Assembly (NCBI RefSeq): GCF_041248615.1
Contig: NZ_CP158426.1
DNA length: 64,000 nucleotides
Strand: one strand, 5' to 3'
DNA from: Escherichia coli
GTDB taxonomy: Bacteria; Pseudomonadota; Gammaproteobacteria; Enterobacterales; Enterobacteriaceae
This document shows positions 1-8,370 of the stretch, in pieces. A model generated the notes under the pieces. It was not told the DNA's origin, searched no databases, and was given only the letters and a program-made list of their open reading frames with translations. Position 1 is the first letter of the stretch; each line of letters starts with the position of its first letter. A program made the translations under genes and the position numbers.

Positions 1-1117
1 TCGCCGCGAAACACTGGTAATCGGGCAGTATGGGCGTGACGGTATCAGCCTGGCAGAAGCGCGAGAAGAACTGATTGCTGCAAAGAAGCTGCTTAAAGCA
101 GGCCAGTCGCCGGCCGCGGCTAAACGTGACGGTATCAAAAAGATTCGTGGTGCCGAGACGTTTGCGGTACATACCGACAGTTATATGAAACACGTCATCC
201 TGGCTGAAAGTACCCGCGCAATGAAGCAGGCAGTGATCGACCGTGACATACTTCCGGTTCTTGGCAACAAAATGATGGCTGAAATTACCACATCGATGGT
301 TCGTGATTTGTGTGACCGGATTGTCGAACGCGGTGGTCGGGCAACAGCAGTACAGGCCAGGGAGATCATCAGCAGCGTATACCGTCACGCCAATGACCGT
401 GGTCATGGTTTGTTTAATCCTGCGGCTGACATTAAACCTTCGTCTATCGCCATATTTAAACCACGAGAGCGAACACTGACACCAGAAGAAATTGGTCTGT
501 TCTTCCGCACGCTGGATGCCATTGGTGCTATGGGCACTATGAAAATGGCTTTAAAGCTGGTGCTTATCACTATGGTCCGTAAAGGCGAATTCACCAATGC
601 AACGTGGGATGAAATAGATTTTAAAAAATGGACATGGACAATTCCTTCAGACCGCATGAAGGGAAGTCGGGCGCACGTTATTTACCTGCCTAAACAGGCA
701 CAGGATATATTAGTCGGGTTGCAGATGTGCGCTGGTGGAAGTGAATATCTGGTTCCTGGTCGTTACAATTTCCGGAAGCCATTATCTAATGCCGCGCTGA
801 ACTCTCTGATCGACAGAACGGTGAAAATAATAAATGAAGATGGTGAGCATATTCAGGACTTCACCGTACACGATATGCGCCGTACAGCCAGTACGTTGTT
901 GCATGAGGCTGGTTATCCTTCAGACTGGATTGAAAAGGCTCTGGCACATGAGCAGAAAGGTGTGCGCGCCGTATATAACAAAGCGGAATACGCCAGACAG
1001 CGCGCCTACATGTTGCAGCAGTGGGCCGATATGATTGATTCCTGGATTAACGGGGAGCATACGGATCTGATTCCGTTCTCCCCGTCGAAGTTTGAGAGGT
1101 GGATGGCGGGGGAATAA
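1..1117 (+). CDS. int: Tyrosine integrase (P4-like), 5'-partial
   Basis: Reading frame is open from window position 2 and continuous with ORF 185..1117; C-terminal catalytic region HDMRRT...VRAVYNKAEY...WAD typical of tyrosine recombinases. Confidence 0.88.
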   Translation, partial: RRETLVIGQYGRDGISLAEAREELIAAKKLLKAGQSPAAAKRDGIKKIRGAETFAVHTDSYMKHVILAESTRAMKQAVIDRDILPVLGNKMMAEITTSMVRDLCDRIVERGGRATAVQAREIISSVYRHANDRGHGLFNPAADIKPSSIAIFKPRERTLTPEEIGLFFRTLDAIGAMGTMKMALKLVLITMVRKGEFTNATWDEIDFKKWTWTIPSDRMKGSRAHVIYLPKQAQDILVGLQMCAGGSEYLVPGRYNFRKPLSNAALNSLIDRTVKIINEDGEHIQDFTVHDMRRTASTLLHEAGYPSDWIEKALAHEQKGVRAVYNKAEYARQRAYMLQQWADMIDSWINGEHTDLIPFSPSKFERWMAGE

Positions 1118-1120
1118 CGT

Positions 1121-1315
1121 TTAATTATTCTGCTGATTTTCTTCCATCTCGGCTTCTGCTGCCAGTGATTCAATTTTATCTGCGAATATTGCTGACAGTG
1201 TTGCAAATTCAGCATCAGTGACAGCGGGAATTGGAACAAACCTGATCCCGCTGTGTGCAAGCATGTTTGCAGTTTCAAGGCATTTCCTTAAATCTGCTGG
1301 TGATGCCCTGTTCAT
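1121..1315 (-). CDS. Hypothetical small protein (64 aa), start overlaps stop of methyltransferase gene (ATGA)
   Basis: In-frame ATG at 1315 overlapping MTase stop; the longer 104-aa ORF in the track is likely an overcall. Confidence 0.35.
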   Translation of the reverse strand: MNRASPADLRKCLETANMLAHSGIRFVPIPAVTDAEFATLSAIFADKIESLAAEAEMEENQQNN

Positions 1316-1962
1316 GCTGCACGCTCCCGCCCCTGGTTGTCTGTTGGTGACAGCGGAGCATTGCTGAATGCATTTGTTAATCTGGCAATATCCAACGCGT
1401 ATCCAGGGTGTAGTTGCACTGCCGGGTCTTCGCACTGATTACCCCAAACATCGAAACCATGAGACGACTGGCGGGCGAACAGTTCAATGCGAGAAACATC
1501 GCCTAACAATTGCACAAGTTTTTCACGAACGATATCTGGTTTTCTTGAATGCTCAAGCCGCGGTGCGGTAAATGACTGAACGATCCCTGCATTAATGCGC
1601 GTAGGTAGTTTTCCCTTTACCGCAAACAGGCAATCTTCACTATTGGCGCGAGTCATGTGCCCCATACCCATAACCAGTTTATCTGGTTGTCGACTACCAC
1701 ATTTTATCCACGTGAAGCCCTTCATCGTCATCAGACGAAATCCCCAGGCTTCAACAACTTTTAGTGCTTCGAGTGGTTGTGTTGGCACCCACCACATGGC
1801 CAACAGACAGTTTTCATCGGCCAAATCCCACACAGGAAGGCGGCAGATATCCATCACACTCATAACCGGATATTTAAAACCGGCACCGCGATTACCATCT
1901 GCGGCTTTGTCCCGGTATACCCAGGGTGGATCTGCATAGATTAGTGTGTATTTCTTAGTCAT
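1312..1962 (-). CDS. MT-A70 family DNA N6-adenine methyltransferase (orphan)
   Basis: Motif YADPPW near N-terminus (DPPW catalytic motif); no adjacent restriction endonuclease. Confidence 0.7.
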   Translation of the reverse strand: MTKKYTLIYADPPWVYRDKAADGNRGAGFKYPVMSVMDICRLPVWDLADENCLLAMWWVPTQPLEALKVVEAWGFRLMTMKGFTWIKCGSRQPDKLVMGMGHMTRANSEDCLFAVKGKLPTRINAGIVQSFTAPRLEHSRKPDIVREKLVQLLGDVSRIELFARQSSHGFDVWGNQCEDPAVQLHPGYALDIARLTNAFSNAPLSPTDNQGRERAA

Positions 1963-2254
1963 AAACCACCCCGCAACATCCTATACCGCTATAGTCGCCA
2001 CGGCGAAGGCCGTTACCTTTTGTGATACATTGGTCCCTGCGAACCGCGATCCTTGCACGCTCAACATCACCAGAAGCAACATCCATACACTGAAGCCAAA
2101 GGTGAGCGGCAATGCGGAACTGTCCTTTTTTCTCTCTTTCAATTGCGCGTTTTTCGATCTCTATCGCCGCAGGAGTAACGGCGACAATCTTTGACGGACT
2201 GCGCATTGAAACCTTGTTCATGTGATATTTTTCAAGTCGGCTTAACTTTCTCAC
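1955..2254 (-). CDS. Hypothetical early protein
   Basis: ORF in early leftward operon, 8-nt overlap with downstream MTase start; no recognised motif. Confidence 0.4.
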   Translation of the reverse strand: MRKLSRLEKYHMNKVSMRSPSKIVAVTPAAIEIEKRAIEREKKGQFRIAAHLWLQCMDVASGDVERARIAVRRDQCITKGNGLRRGDYSGIGCCGVVYD

Positions 2255-2363
2255 TTAATCCAACCCTCTCTGAAAATTAATGCCAGCAGATAAAGCCATG
2301 CTGAAACAGAGGCCAGGAATAAGTACCATCCTGACCATTTGCTCCAGTGCCTTAGCAGCACAC

Positions 2364-2612
2364 TCATGCAGCGTTGCTCACAGGACGATATACACGTTGC
2401 TGAACAGGAGGCTTTTTACCCTGGAACTCTGCCGGGCTTGCTGCCTGACGTTCATCAAGCCAACGCTCAACTTCGTCACGGTTCCATGCGCAGCGTTTGT
2501 CAGTGATATACCAGCGTTTAGGAAATTCACCTGCGCGCTCCATACGGTCGATAGTGCTCCATGACAGTGGCACCACCGCCAGGAGTTCCTTCTTACCTAA
2601 TGCACCTTTCAT
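2364..2612 (-). CDS. AlpA-family DNA-binding protein / putative excisionase
   Basis: 82 aa; LSWSTIDRMERAGEFPKRWYI...WNRDEVERWLDER matches AlpA/Xis-type winged HTH; located near int. Confidence 0.65.
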   Translation of the reverse strand: MKGALGKKELLAVVPLSWSTIDRMERAGEFPKRWYITDKRCAWNRDEVERWLDERQAASPAEFQGKKPPVQQRVYRPVSNAA

Positions 2613-2661
2613 AAATACCTCTCTTGGTTGCAGTGCGGCGCGCGTGGCGCCGCGGTGGTGG

Positions 2662-3543
2662 TTACATAGATGTTTCGTTTAATTCTTCCCGACGAACGCT
2701 GTAAACGTCGGTGGCTTTTGCCAGCAGTTCGTCATCATCTGAAAGTTTTTGTGCAATGTATTTGTAAGCCTTATCCAGTTCGGAGACAGTGCTGTAATTC
2801 ATCGCTGCGCTGGTAAAGGCCATCAGCATTTCTTCTGGATCACGGCTATCCGCTTTACGCGTTTGCTCATCATGCTTTTTCACTGGTTTAGCGTTGATCA
2901 GACTGTTCATTCCCGCAGCAGTAGTCGTTTGCGGAGTAATGTCTCGCTCAACGCGCGGTGCCGTTTCCTGTAATTCGTCAGGGGTGTAAACACCGAGAAG
3001 CACATCAGGAGCGTGCAGGCGAGCCCATCGTTTCGTGCAAAGATAGGCAAGCTGCTGGCGCGGATCCTGTTCCCACAATGGAGAGTTACGCACTCCGGCT
3101 TGCGCCATACTGATGGTAAGCTCACGGGGTTCTGCTTCTCCTTTAAGAACTGCTGACACAGTTACCGTCAGATTCGGTGATTTATCTGTTTTGCCGTTAA
3201 CATTCGACCAGTCACCGCTCCAGCGATAATTCAGGCGTGTCGCTAGCAGGCTGGAAGAGGATACGACCGCGTTTACCAACTGTGCTTCGTAGCCTAACGT
3301 TCCGTTTACCACATGCGTTTTCTGCGCCACGGCGAAAGGGTTCATTCCCCACTGTGCCGCCTGCATGGTCACCGCCAGACAATCGGCAGGTTTGCCTTCA
3401 AGATGTTTCGGTACAGTCGCTTTGCTTTGTGACATCAACTCCGCGAAACGCACCAGTTGATTCATGCCCTCGGGGCTGAAGATTGCCGCAGCAGTGCCTA
3501 CAGTTGCGCCTGGTTGTGATGTGATTGCGATATCATTGCTCAT
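2662..3543 (-). CDS. Single-strand annealing protein, Bet/RecT family
   Basis: 293 aa; GMNPF region and ERDITP motif shared with lambda Bet; immediately downstream of exonuclease gene with 4-nt overlap. Confidence 0.6.
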   Translation of the reverse strand: MSNDIAITSQPGATVGTAAAIFSPEGMNQLVRFAELMSQSKATVPKHLEGKPADCLAVTMQAAQWGMNPFAVAQKTHVVNGTLGYEAQLVNAVVSSSSLLATRLNYRWSGDWSNVNGKTDKSPNLTVTVSAVLKGEAEPRELTISMAQAGVRNSPLWEQDPRQQLAYLCTKRWARLHAPDVLLGVYTPDELQETAPRVERDITPQTTTAAGMNSLINAKPVKKHDEQTRKADSRDPEEMLMAFTSAAMNYSTVSELDKAYKYIAQKLSDDDELLAKATDVYSVRREELNETSM

Positions 3544-4361
3544 ACGTACATATCCTGTTTACGTGCCCAGTCAGGGCGTTTAATAATTTCCACGCCGCCC
3601 CATTCATCATTTATGCGGCATTCGTGATAGGTATTCAGATCCCGGCGGAACAGAGCGTGCCCGGCATCGACATCCGGCGCATCCAGCTCGAACACGCGTA
3701 CCGGATACCGACCACAATCAATGCTTTCGCTCACGGCAAGAAAGAAAAAACCATGCGGTTGACCAGTAACCCTCATTGCGCCTTCGCGGTACATTGCGTC
3801 CTGCACGTGGTAGCGGAATTCCTCGATGTGGCGTGCAAAACGGTCCATATCTGCAACCTTTTTCACGTCGACGATCACGTTGTGCTCGTTCAGCCATTTG
3901 TCTGGACGAATGCGGCACAACTCACCCGTCTCTTCATCGTTCCAGTACATTGATGCTTCGCAGTAACCAGGTGCTTCCAGCATCCAGCGTGCCGCCGGAT
4001 GAGCCATTGCGCTATCACGCATGAGCTCAAGTTTTCGCCACTGCTCGACATCAAGTACCGTAATACCCATATCCGCCACATCACGAAGAAATGCTTCTTC
4101 GTCAGCTTTACCTTGTTTTGTCCGACGATCGAATTTCGGTGAAACGATGAAGCGTTTGTCAAACTCTCCAGGTTCCAGAAGCAGACAGTGCAGAGCAGTA
4201 CCCATGTCCAGTGCAGACTTCTTCTCTTCGTCTTCCGGAGCAGCCTTCACCCATTTCAGAAGGGCAGGGTTCTTAGCCACCATATCTAGCTGCGACTTAC
4301 TCACGCCGTCACCGGCGTGGTAGTCCTCGTTGCTGATATCGAAATAAATTCCCGGATTCAT
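3540..4361 (-). CDS. PD-(D/E)XK exonuclease (RecE/YqaJ-like) partner of the annealase
   Basis: 273 aa; N-terminal ISNEDYHAG..SKSQL and RPDKW...VDVKK nuclease motif. Confidence 0.6.
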   Translation of the reverse strand: MNPGIYFDISNEDYHAGDGVSKSQLDMVAKNPALLKWVKAAPEDEEKKSALDMGTALHCLLLEPGEFDKRFIVSPKFDRRTKQGKADEEAFLRDVADMGITVLDVEQWRKLELMRDSAMAHPAARWMLEAPGYCEASMYWNDEETGELCRIRPDKWLNEHNVIVDVKKVADMDRFARHIEEFRYHVQDAMYREGAMRVTGQPHGFFFLAVSESIDCGRYPVRVFELDAPDVDAGHALFRRDLNTYHECRINDEWGGVEIIKRPDWARKQDMYV

Positions 4362-4672
4362 GCCGCGTCCCTCTGCCCATCAATCTGATCAGCCAGATCC
4401 CAGCGGGCGATAATTGCCATTGCCTCGCGCCGGTAGGCATCCATCAGTTCTTCGAACTCAGGGCTGTCTTTAGCAGCCTCCAGCACTTCCTGACGAACGC
4501 CTTTGCCTGTTACAACGTCGAAAGTTGAGGACAGTTGATGAAGTCGGATGCTCTCAATCAGTTCAACTTGTCGGTCATATAGCTGTTCTGACAGGCGGTA
4601 GTCCTTGTCGAATGCCAGCATGATTTTTTGAAGATTTTTCTGCTGATTAACGTTCATTATCAGCCCTCCCAT
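4358..4672 (-). CDS. Hypothetical early protein (104 aa)
   Basis: ORF in leftward early operon overlapping exonuclease start; no motif recognised. Confidence 0.45.
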   Translation of the reverse strand: MGGLIMNVNQQKNLQKIMLAFDKDYRLSEQLYDRQVELIESIRLHQLSSTFDVVTGKGVRQEVLEAAKDSPEFEELMDAYRREAMAIIARWDLADQIDGQRDAA

Positions 4673-4812
4673 ATCTCGTTATCGTTGGCTACATCGCGAG
4701 CTTCTTTGCTGACGAAAGCCCACTTAATGCCTTCCTGTAAGGTGCGGAACTTCCAGCTCATGAATCCGCATGCAGTAACGCAGTACCAACCGTTGATGAT
4801 TTTCCACTGCAT
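4660..4812 (-). CDS. Possible small protein (50 aa), first gene of leftward operon
   Basis: ATG at 4812 preceded by GAGG; below ORF-track threshold; speculative. Confidence 0.25.
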   Translation of the reverse strand: MQWKIINGWYCVTACGFMSWKFRTLQEGIKWAFVSKEARDVANDNEIWEG

Positions 4813-4818
4813 AACTTG

Positions 4819-4908
4819 TTACCTCGGTCTGTTACTGTTGAGGTAATGATTATGCGTATCTGGTTTGATGTCAATAGATATGAGTTAAAAAAATTACCCA
4901 TAAGGTAA
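4819..4908. promoter_or_regulatory. OL-like operator cluster: TTACC half-site at 4819, TTACTGTTGAGGTAA (4832-4846), TTACCCATAAGGTAA (4894-4908)
   Basis: TTACC-N5-GGTAA palindromes located between repressor gene 3' terminator and first leftward early gene. Confidence 0.55.
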
Positions 4909-4920
4909 TCTTGTTGGCAA

Positions 4921-4944
4921 TAAAAAAGCCGCCATAAGGCGGCT
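4921..4944 (-). terminator. Rho-independent terminator downstream of repressor gene
   Basis: Stem AGCCGCC/GGCGGCT, loop ATAA, A-run on plus strand = T-run on minus. Confidence 0.6.
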
Positions 4945-4965
4945 TACTTACTGAAAAATATGATT

Positions 4966-5550
4966 TTATTGTTTGTTTTTTTCGTTCTGGTTGATGACAA
5001 ATTCAATGTAACTTTCGATCTTTGCCTTCTCTGTTTCAGGTAACAATGCGTAGCGCGAGCGGTCATAGTTGATAGTTGCAGGGTCATGCGGATGAATCAG
5101 TAGTTCATATCCGTGACGCCCGAATGCAGATGCAACATTCTCCAGGGTGGAAATGGAAACGCTGACTTCATTGTTTAACAGGCGGCTTATTGTCACCTGG
5201 GCGACGCCGGATGCGCGGTGAAGTTTTCCCTGAGTTGAAAGGTCGCGGCTTTCACTCATCCAGCGTTCCAGGTTGTGAGCTGCCAGCTGACCAATGTCGC
5301 TTGGGCCGACAGGCTGAAAACCTTCCTGAGAAAGCGAGCGATCGATATCAAGCCAGTTACGGGGTTTATTGGCGGCAGCTTCAATTTTTCGCGCAACCTG
5401 GTCGCCGATAACCTTCTTGCCAAGAGCCCAGCGGTTTACCAGATTTGCCTGAGTTCCAAGTTTTTCTGCCATCCGCGTCTGAACACCATTGAATTCACGG
5501 TCGATCAAGTCGTTGAGATTTTGCCTGCGGACGTCCTGGATACTTTTCAT
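4966..5550 (-). CDS. CI-like prophage repressor with two HTH (XRE-type) domains, no S24 peptidase domain
   Basis: 194 aa; two HTH-like segments (res ~10-65 and ~100-150); divergent from Cro-like gene; operator clusters on both sides. Confidence 0.6.
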   Translation of the reverse strand: MKSIQDVRRQNLNDLIDREFNGVQTRMAEKLGTQANLVNRWALGKKVIGDQVARKIEAAANKPRNWLDIDRSLSQEGFQPVGPSDIGQLAAHNLERWMSESRDLSTQGKLHRASGVAQVTISRLLNNEVSVSISTLENVASAFGRHGYELLIHPHDPATINYDRSRYALLPETEKAKIESYIEFVINQNEKNKQ

Positions 5551-5605
5551 TTTCTGGAAAATCGCCTCATATATGAATCAGTAGATGATTCAATTTAAAG
5601 CAATA

Positions 5606-5668
5606 TTACCCAACAGGTAAATGCACCTCATAGGTAACTATCCTTGATTTTTGTTACCTTATGGGTGA
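5606..5668. promoter_or_regulatory. OR-like tripartite operator: TTACCCAACAGGTAA (5606-5620), GCACCTCATAGGTAA (5623-5637), TTACCTTATGGGTGA (5654-5668)
   Basis: Three 15-bp palindromic sites in the 154-bp gap between divergent repressor and Cro-like genes. Confidence 0.65.
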
Positions 5669-5679
5669 ATATTTATTAT
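5651..5679 (+). promoter_or_regulatory. Candidate pR: -35 TTGTTA (5651-5656), 17-bp spacer, -10 TATTAT (5674-5679)
   Basis: Sigma70-like hexamers with 17-bp spacing; third operator overlaps the spacer. Confidence 0.45.
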
Positions 5680-5704
5680 CTGAAATAAATATCAGGCAAT
5701 AGCT

Positions 5705-5935
5705 ATGAGCGATAACGGACATTTCGATTTCAAAAAGCACTGGCTTGCACTTACTCCGGATGAGCGTGAAGCCTTCGCACAGGAAGCCGGAACGACGAGT
5801 CACTATATCCAGACTCACTTAACAGGTAAGCGCAAAATGCCAGGTAAAGTATTGATGAATGGGCTTTTTAAAGCCTGTAAAACAAGACAATGGCTGCGCT
5901 CAAAAGCAGAACTGGCATACTTCTTCTACTCATGA
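5705..5935 (+). CDS. Cro-like small DNA-binding protein
   Basis: 76 aa, divergent from repressor, followed by terminator; HTH-like segment AFAQEAGTTSHYIQTHLTGKR. Confidence 0.5.
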   Translation: MSDNGHFDFKKHWLALTPDEREAFAQEAGTTSHYIQTHLTGKRKMPGKVLMNGLFKACKTRQWLRSKAELAYFFYS

Positions 5936-5956
5936 TATCCAGCCACAACCCTCTGT

Positions 5957-5980
5957 AGACCGCCACCCGGCGGTCTTTTC
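5957..5980 (+). terminator. Rho-independent terminator after cro-like gene
   Basis: Perfect 8-bp stem AGACCGCC/GGCGGTCT, loop ACCC, followed by TTTTC. Confidence 0.7.
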
Positions 5981-5990
5981 ATATCTATTC

Positions 5991-6005
5991 GTACCTCAAA
6001 GGTAA
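5991..6005. promoter_or_regulatory. Operator-like site GTACCTCAAAGGTAA downstream of cro terminator
   Basis: Imperfect TTACC-N5-GGTAA palindrome preceded by ATATCTATTCGTA, a 13-mer that recurs at 34241. Confidence 0.45.
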
Positions 6006-6085
6006 TAAAAAACCAAATCTGGTTGATCTTTTTTTTGTGTCAGCACAAAATGACCGTAATCCCAATACTAATAACAGGGCTTACC

Positions 6086-6286
6086 ATGGAAATCATTACA
6101 CGTATTGATGCCGCAAAGCGCGGACTTAAACGCTACTACACCGGAAAAACATGTAAGCACGGACATGACAGTGAACGCTGGGTTTACAACGGACACTGTG
6201 TTGAGTGCACCATGGAATCAAACCGTCGCATCAGGGCAGAGATTAAGCAGATCATGATTAATTCCTCCCCACAACATTCAAGCTGA
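6086..6286 (+). CDS. Small Cys/His-rich (zinc-ribbon-like) protein, possible regulator
   Basis: 66 aa from ATG 6086; CKHGH...CVEC motif; the longer track ORF from 6023 lacks an RBS. Confidence 0.4.
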   Translation: MEIITRIDAAKRGLKRYYTGKTCKHGHDSERWVYNGHCVECTMESNRRIRAEIKQIMINSSPQHSS

Positions 6287-6301
6287 TAGCGGAGATTAAT
6301 C

Positions 6302-7117
6302 ATGAGCAGACATGCAACAGATTGGGCCTGGGAGACAGATCCAGGTAGCTCGTCATTAAAGCTCATACTGCTCTCGATGGCTGACAGAGCCGATGAATAT
6401 AACCTCTGCTACCCCAGCATAGAACGCCTCGTTAAAGACACTTGCCTGAATAAAAAAACCGTGCAGGCCGGGCTTATATCGCTCATGAAAATGGGGCTTA
6501 TTTCAGATACCGGAGAGAGAAAGGGGGCGACGAAAAGAGTACGGGTTTTCTCTCTTAATATAACCAAAAACGGGAACATTAAAGGCAACCGGGAGGGGGG
6601 TAATGAACCCGAAAACGGTAATGTTACCGAAAACGGGAATATACCCAAAAACGGGATGTTGAATGATCCCAAAAACGGGATGTTGAATGATCCCAAAAAC
6701 GGGATCCAGAACCAGTCATATAACCAGTCATTTAACCAAGAGAGGGAGAGCAGGACAAAAAGCGGGGATTCTGTGCCTCATGACCCCGGCGCAAACAACG
6801 CCGTGATGAATAACTTTGTTCCTCCTGGTGGGCCAGGGCAATTAGGCAAATTTGTCATGCATGAACAATGGCAGCCATCAGATGACTTTCTTCGGAAAAG
6901 CTCATTGCAGGGGATCTACCTGGACAGTCTGCCAACGGCACAGGAACTTGCAGAGTTCAGAATTTACTGGATGGCTGAGGGTAAGGCATACCATCAGGCA
7001 CAGTGGGAGCAGAAGCTGGCAAGGCGGCTGCAGATTAGCAGACAGAAGCAATCAACATTACCTGATAACAACGTTCCGCACTGGAACAGCCCTGAAGCAT
7101 GGGAGGATTTCTTGTGA
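6302..7117 (+). CDS. Replication initiator (O-like) with N-terminal HTH and DnaT-like C-terminal domain; contains origin iterons
   Basis: C-terminus GKFVMHEQWQPSDDFL...EFRIYWMAEGKAYHQAQWEQKLARRLQI resembles E. coli DnaT C-terminus; iteron array inside gene. Confidence 0.7.
   Translation: MSRHATDWAWETDPGSSSLKLILLSMADRADEYNLCYPSIERLVKDTCLNKKTVQAGLISLMKMGLISDTGERKGATKRVRVFSLNITKNGNIKGNREGGNEPENGNVTENGNIPKNGMLNDPKNGMLNDPKNGIQNQSYNQSFNQERESRTKSGDSVPHDPGANNAVMNNFVPPGGPGQLGKFVMHEQWQPSDDFLRKSSLQGIYLDSLPTAQELAEFRIYWMAEGKAYHQAQWEQKLARRLQISRQKQSTLPDNNVPHWNSPEAWEDFL
6564..6707. repeat. Iteron array (6 direct repeats CC(A/G)AAAACGG(G/T)A..., including a perfect 24-bp tandem duplicate 6644-6667 / 6668-6691); probable phage origin of replication
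   Basis: Direct repeats read in sequence inside the O-like gene, analogous to lambda ori within O. Confidence 0.6.
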
Positions 7118-7899
7118 ACAACGTTTTTACCGCGATACAAAACCGTGACGGAGAAGCCCTTTCTCGCATGTCAGGTTATGAGCATCAGTACGTCAACAAT
7201 GACAATGTGGTGAACATGTCAGCAGAGAGGCTTGTTGATGCCCTTTTTAAACAGCTGAAACAACTGTTTCCGGCGGCAGTGGTAACCAACCTGAAGACGC
7301 CAGAGCAGGAAGTTGCTGCAAAACAGCAGTGGATTGCTGCGTTTGCCGAAGGGGGGATCCGAACCCGTGAACAGGTTTCTGCTGGTATGCGCCACGCCCG
7401 CGCCAGTGAATCTCCGTTCTGGCCGTCTCCAGGGCAATTTATCAAGTGGTGCAAAGACAGCAAGATGGTTCTTGGCGTCACCATTGACGATGTGATGGCG
7501 GAGTTTCACCGGTACAGCAAGGAAAAAAGTTTATATCCTGGTGGTCCCGAAAGATTCCCGTGGCGACATCCGGTTATGTACTGGGTCGTATGTGATACCC
7601 GCCGTGCAATGTATCAGCGCCAGCTTAGCGAGATTGAGGTTGAGAAACACGCGCGCAGGCTGCTCGATGATTGGGCGAAAAAGGTGGCTTCCGGACAGCA
7701 GATACCCGATCCGGTGATCAGCATACAGGCAAAGCCAGAACCCATGAGTACACCTCCGGACACAGGGAGAGACGTTTACCATCCACCAGGGCGAAGTTTC
7801 GGGTGCATGCCTAACGCCGCCACCCTTGGGGGAATAACACCGGCGCAGTGGCTGATGGAGGAATACAGGCGGGGAAAGGCGGCAGGATTTATCAAGTAA
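7099..7899 (+). CDS. Replication protein P-like helicase loader
   Basis: Segment QQWIAAFAEGGIRTREQVSAGMRHARASESPFWPSPGQFIKWC aligns with lambda P (RRQWVLAFRENGITTMEQVNAGMRVARRQNRPFLPSPGQFVAWC); true start may be slightly downstream of 7099. Confidence 0.75.
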   Translation: MGGFLVNNVFTAIQNRDGEALSRMSGYEHQYVNNDNVVNMSAERLVDALFKQLKQLFPAAVVTNLKTPEQEVAAKQQWIAAFAEGGIRTREQVSAGMRHARASESPFWPSPGQFIKWCKDSKMVLGVTIDDVMAEFHRYSKEKSLYPGGPERFPWRHPVMYWVVCDTRRAMYQRQLSEIEVEKHARRLLDDWAKKVASGQQIPDPVISIQAKPEPMSTPPDTGRDVYHPPGRSFGCMPNAATLGGITPAQWLMEEYRRGKAAGFIK

Positions 7900-7936
7900 T
7901 ACCAGCGCGATAGCGCATTTTTTTACGCCTCGACAA

Positions 7937-8013
7937 TTACCTGTTAGGTAATAAAATATTCTAAAATCTATTGATTTCGTGTCTTATGTGGTTTTTAATT
8001 ACCTCAGAGGTAA
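7937..8013. promoter_or_regulatory. Two operator-like palindromes TTACCTGTTAGGTAA (7937-7951) and TTACCTCAGAGGTAA (7999-8013) flanking TTATGTGGTT motif
   Basis: Perfect TTACC-N5-GGTAA sites in gap between P-like gene and next gene; second site ends 3 bp before ATG 8017. Confidence 0.5.
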
Positions 8014-8016
8014 ATC

Positions 8017-8370
8017 ATGAGAAAACAGATACAGGCTCTTGGTCGACTCAAAACAGGTCAGATGAACAAAACAGAATCTGCGTATTGCCAGCACCTTGAG
8101 CTGCGTAAACGTGCAGGAGAAATCGTCTGGTATCGATTTGAGGGTATCAAGCTGCGGTTAGCTGACAACTGCTTCCTGACTGTAGATTTTGCCGTGATGT
8201 TGGCTGACGGGCAGTTGGTGATGGTGGACGTTAAGGGAAGTAAGTCAGTCTTTACTGACGATGCGAGAGTCAAGATGAAGGTTGCGGCAGACAGCTATCC
8301 GTTTGTCTTTCAGGTTGCTTATCCAAAACCTAAAAAGCTCGGTGGTGGATGGGAGGTTGAGGAACTATGA
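8017..8370 (+). CDS. Hypothetical protein, DUF1064-like, possible PD-(D/E)XK nuclease fold
   Basis: 117 aa; D...VDVKG motif; family assignment from memory only. Confidence 0.45.
   Translation: MRKQIQALGRLKTGQMNKTESAYCQHLELRKRAGEIVWYRFEGIKLRLADNCFLTVDFAVMLADGQLVMVDVKGSKSVFTDDARVKMKVAADSYPFVFQVAYPKPKKLGGGWEVEEL

Noticed and set aside
181-369. 62-aa minus-strand ORF inside the integrase gene
   Set aside because: Fully antisense to a well-supported integrase reading frame; no RBS; typical spurious ORF
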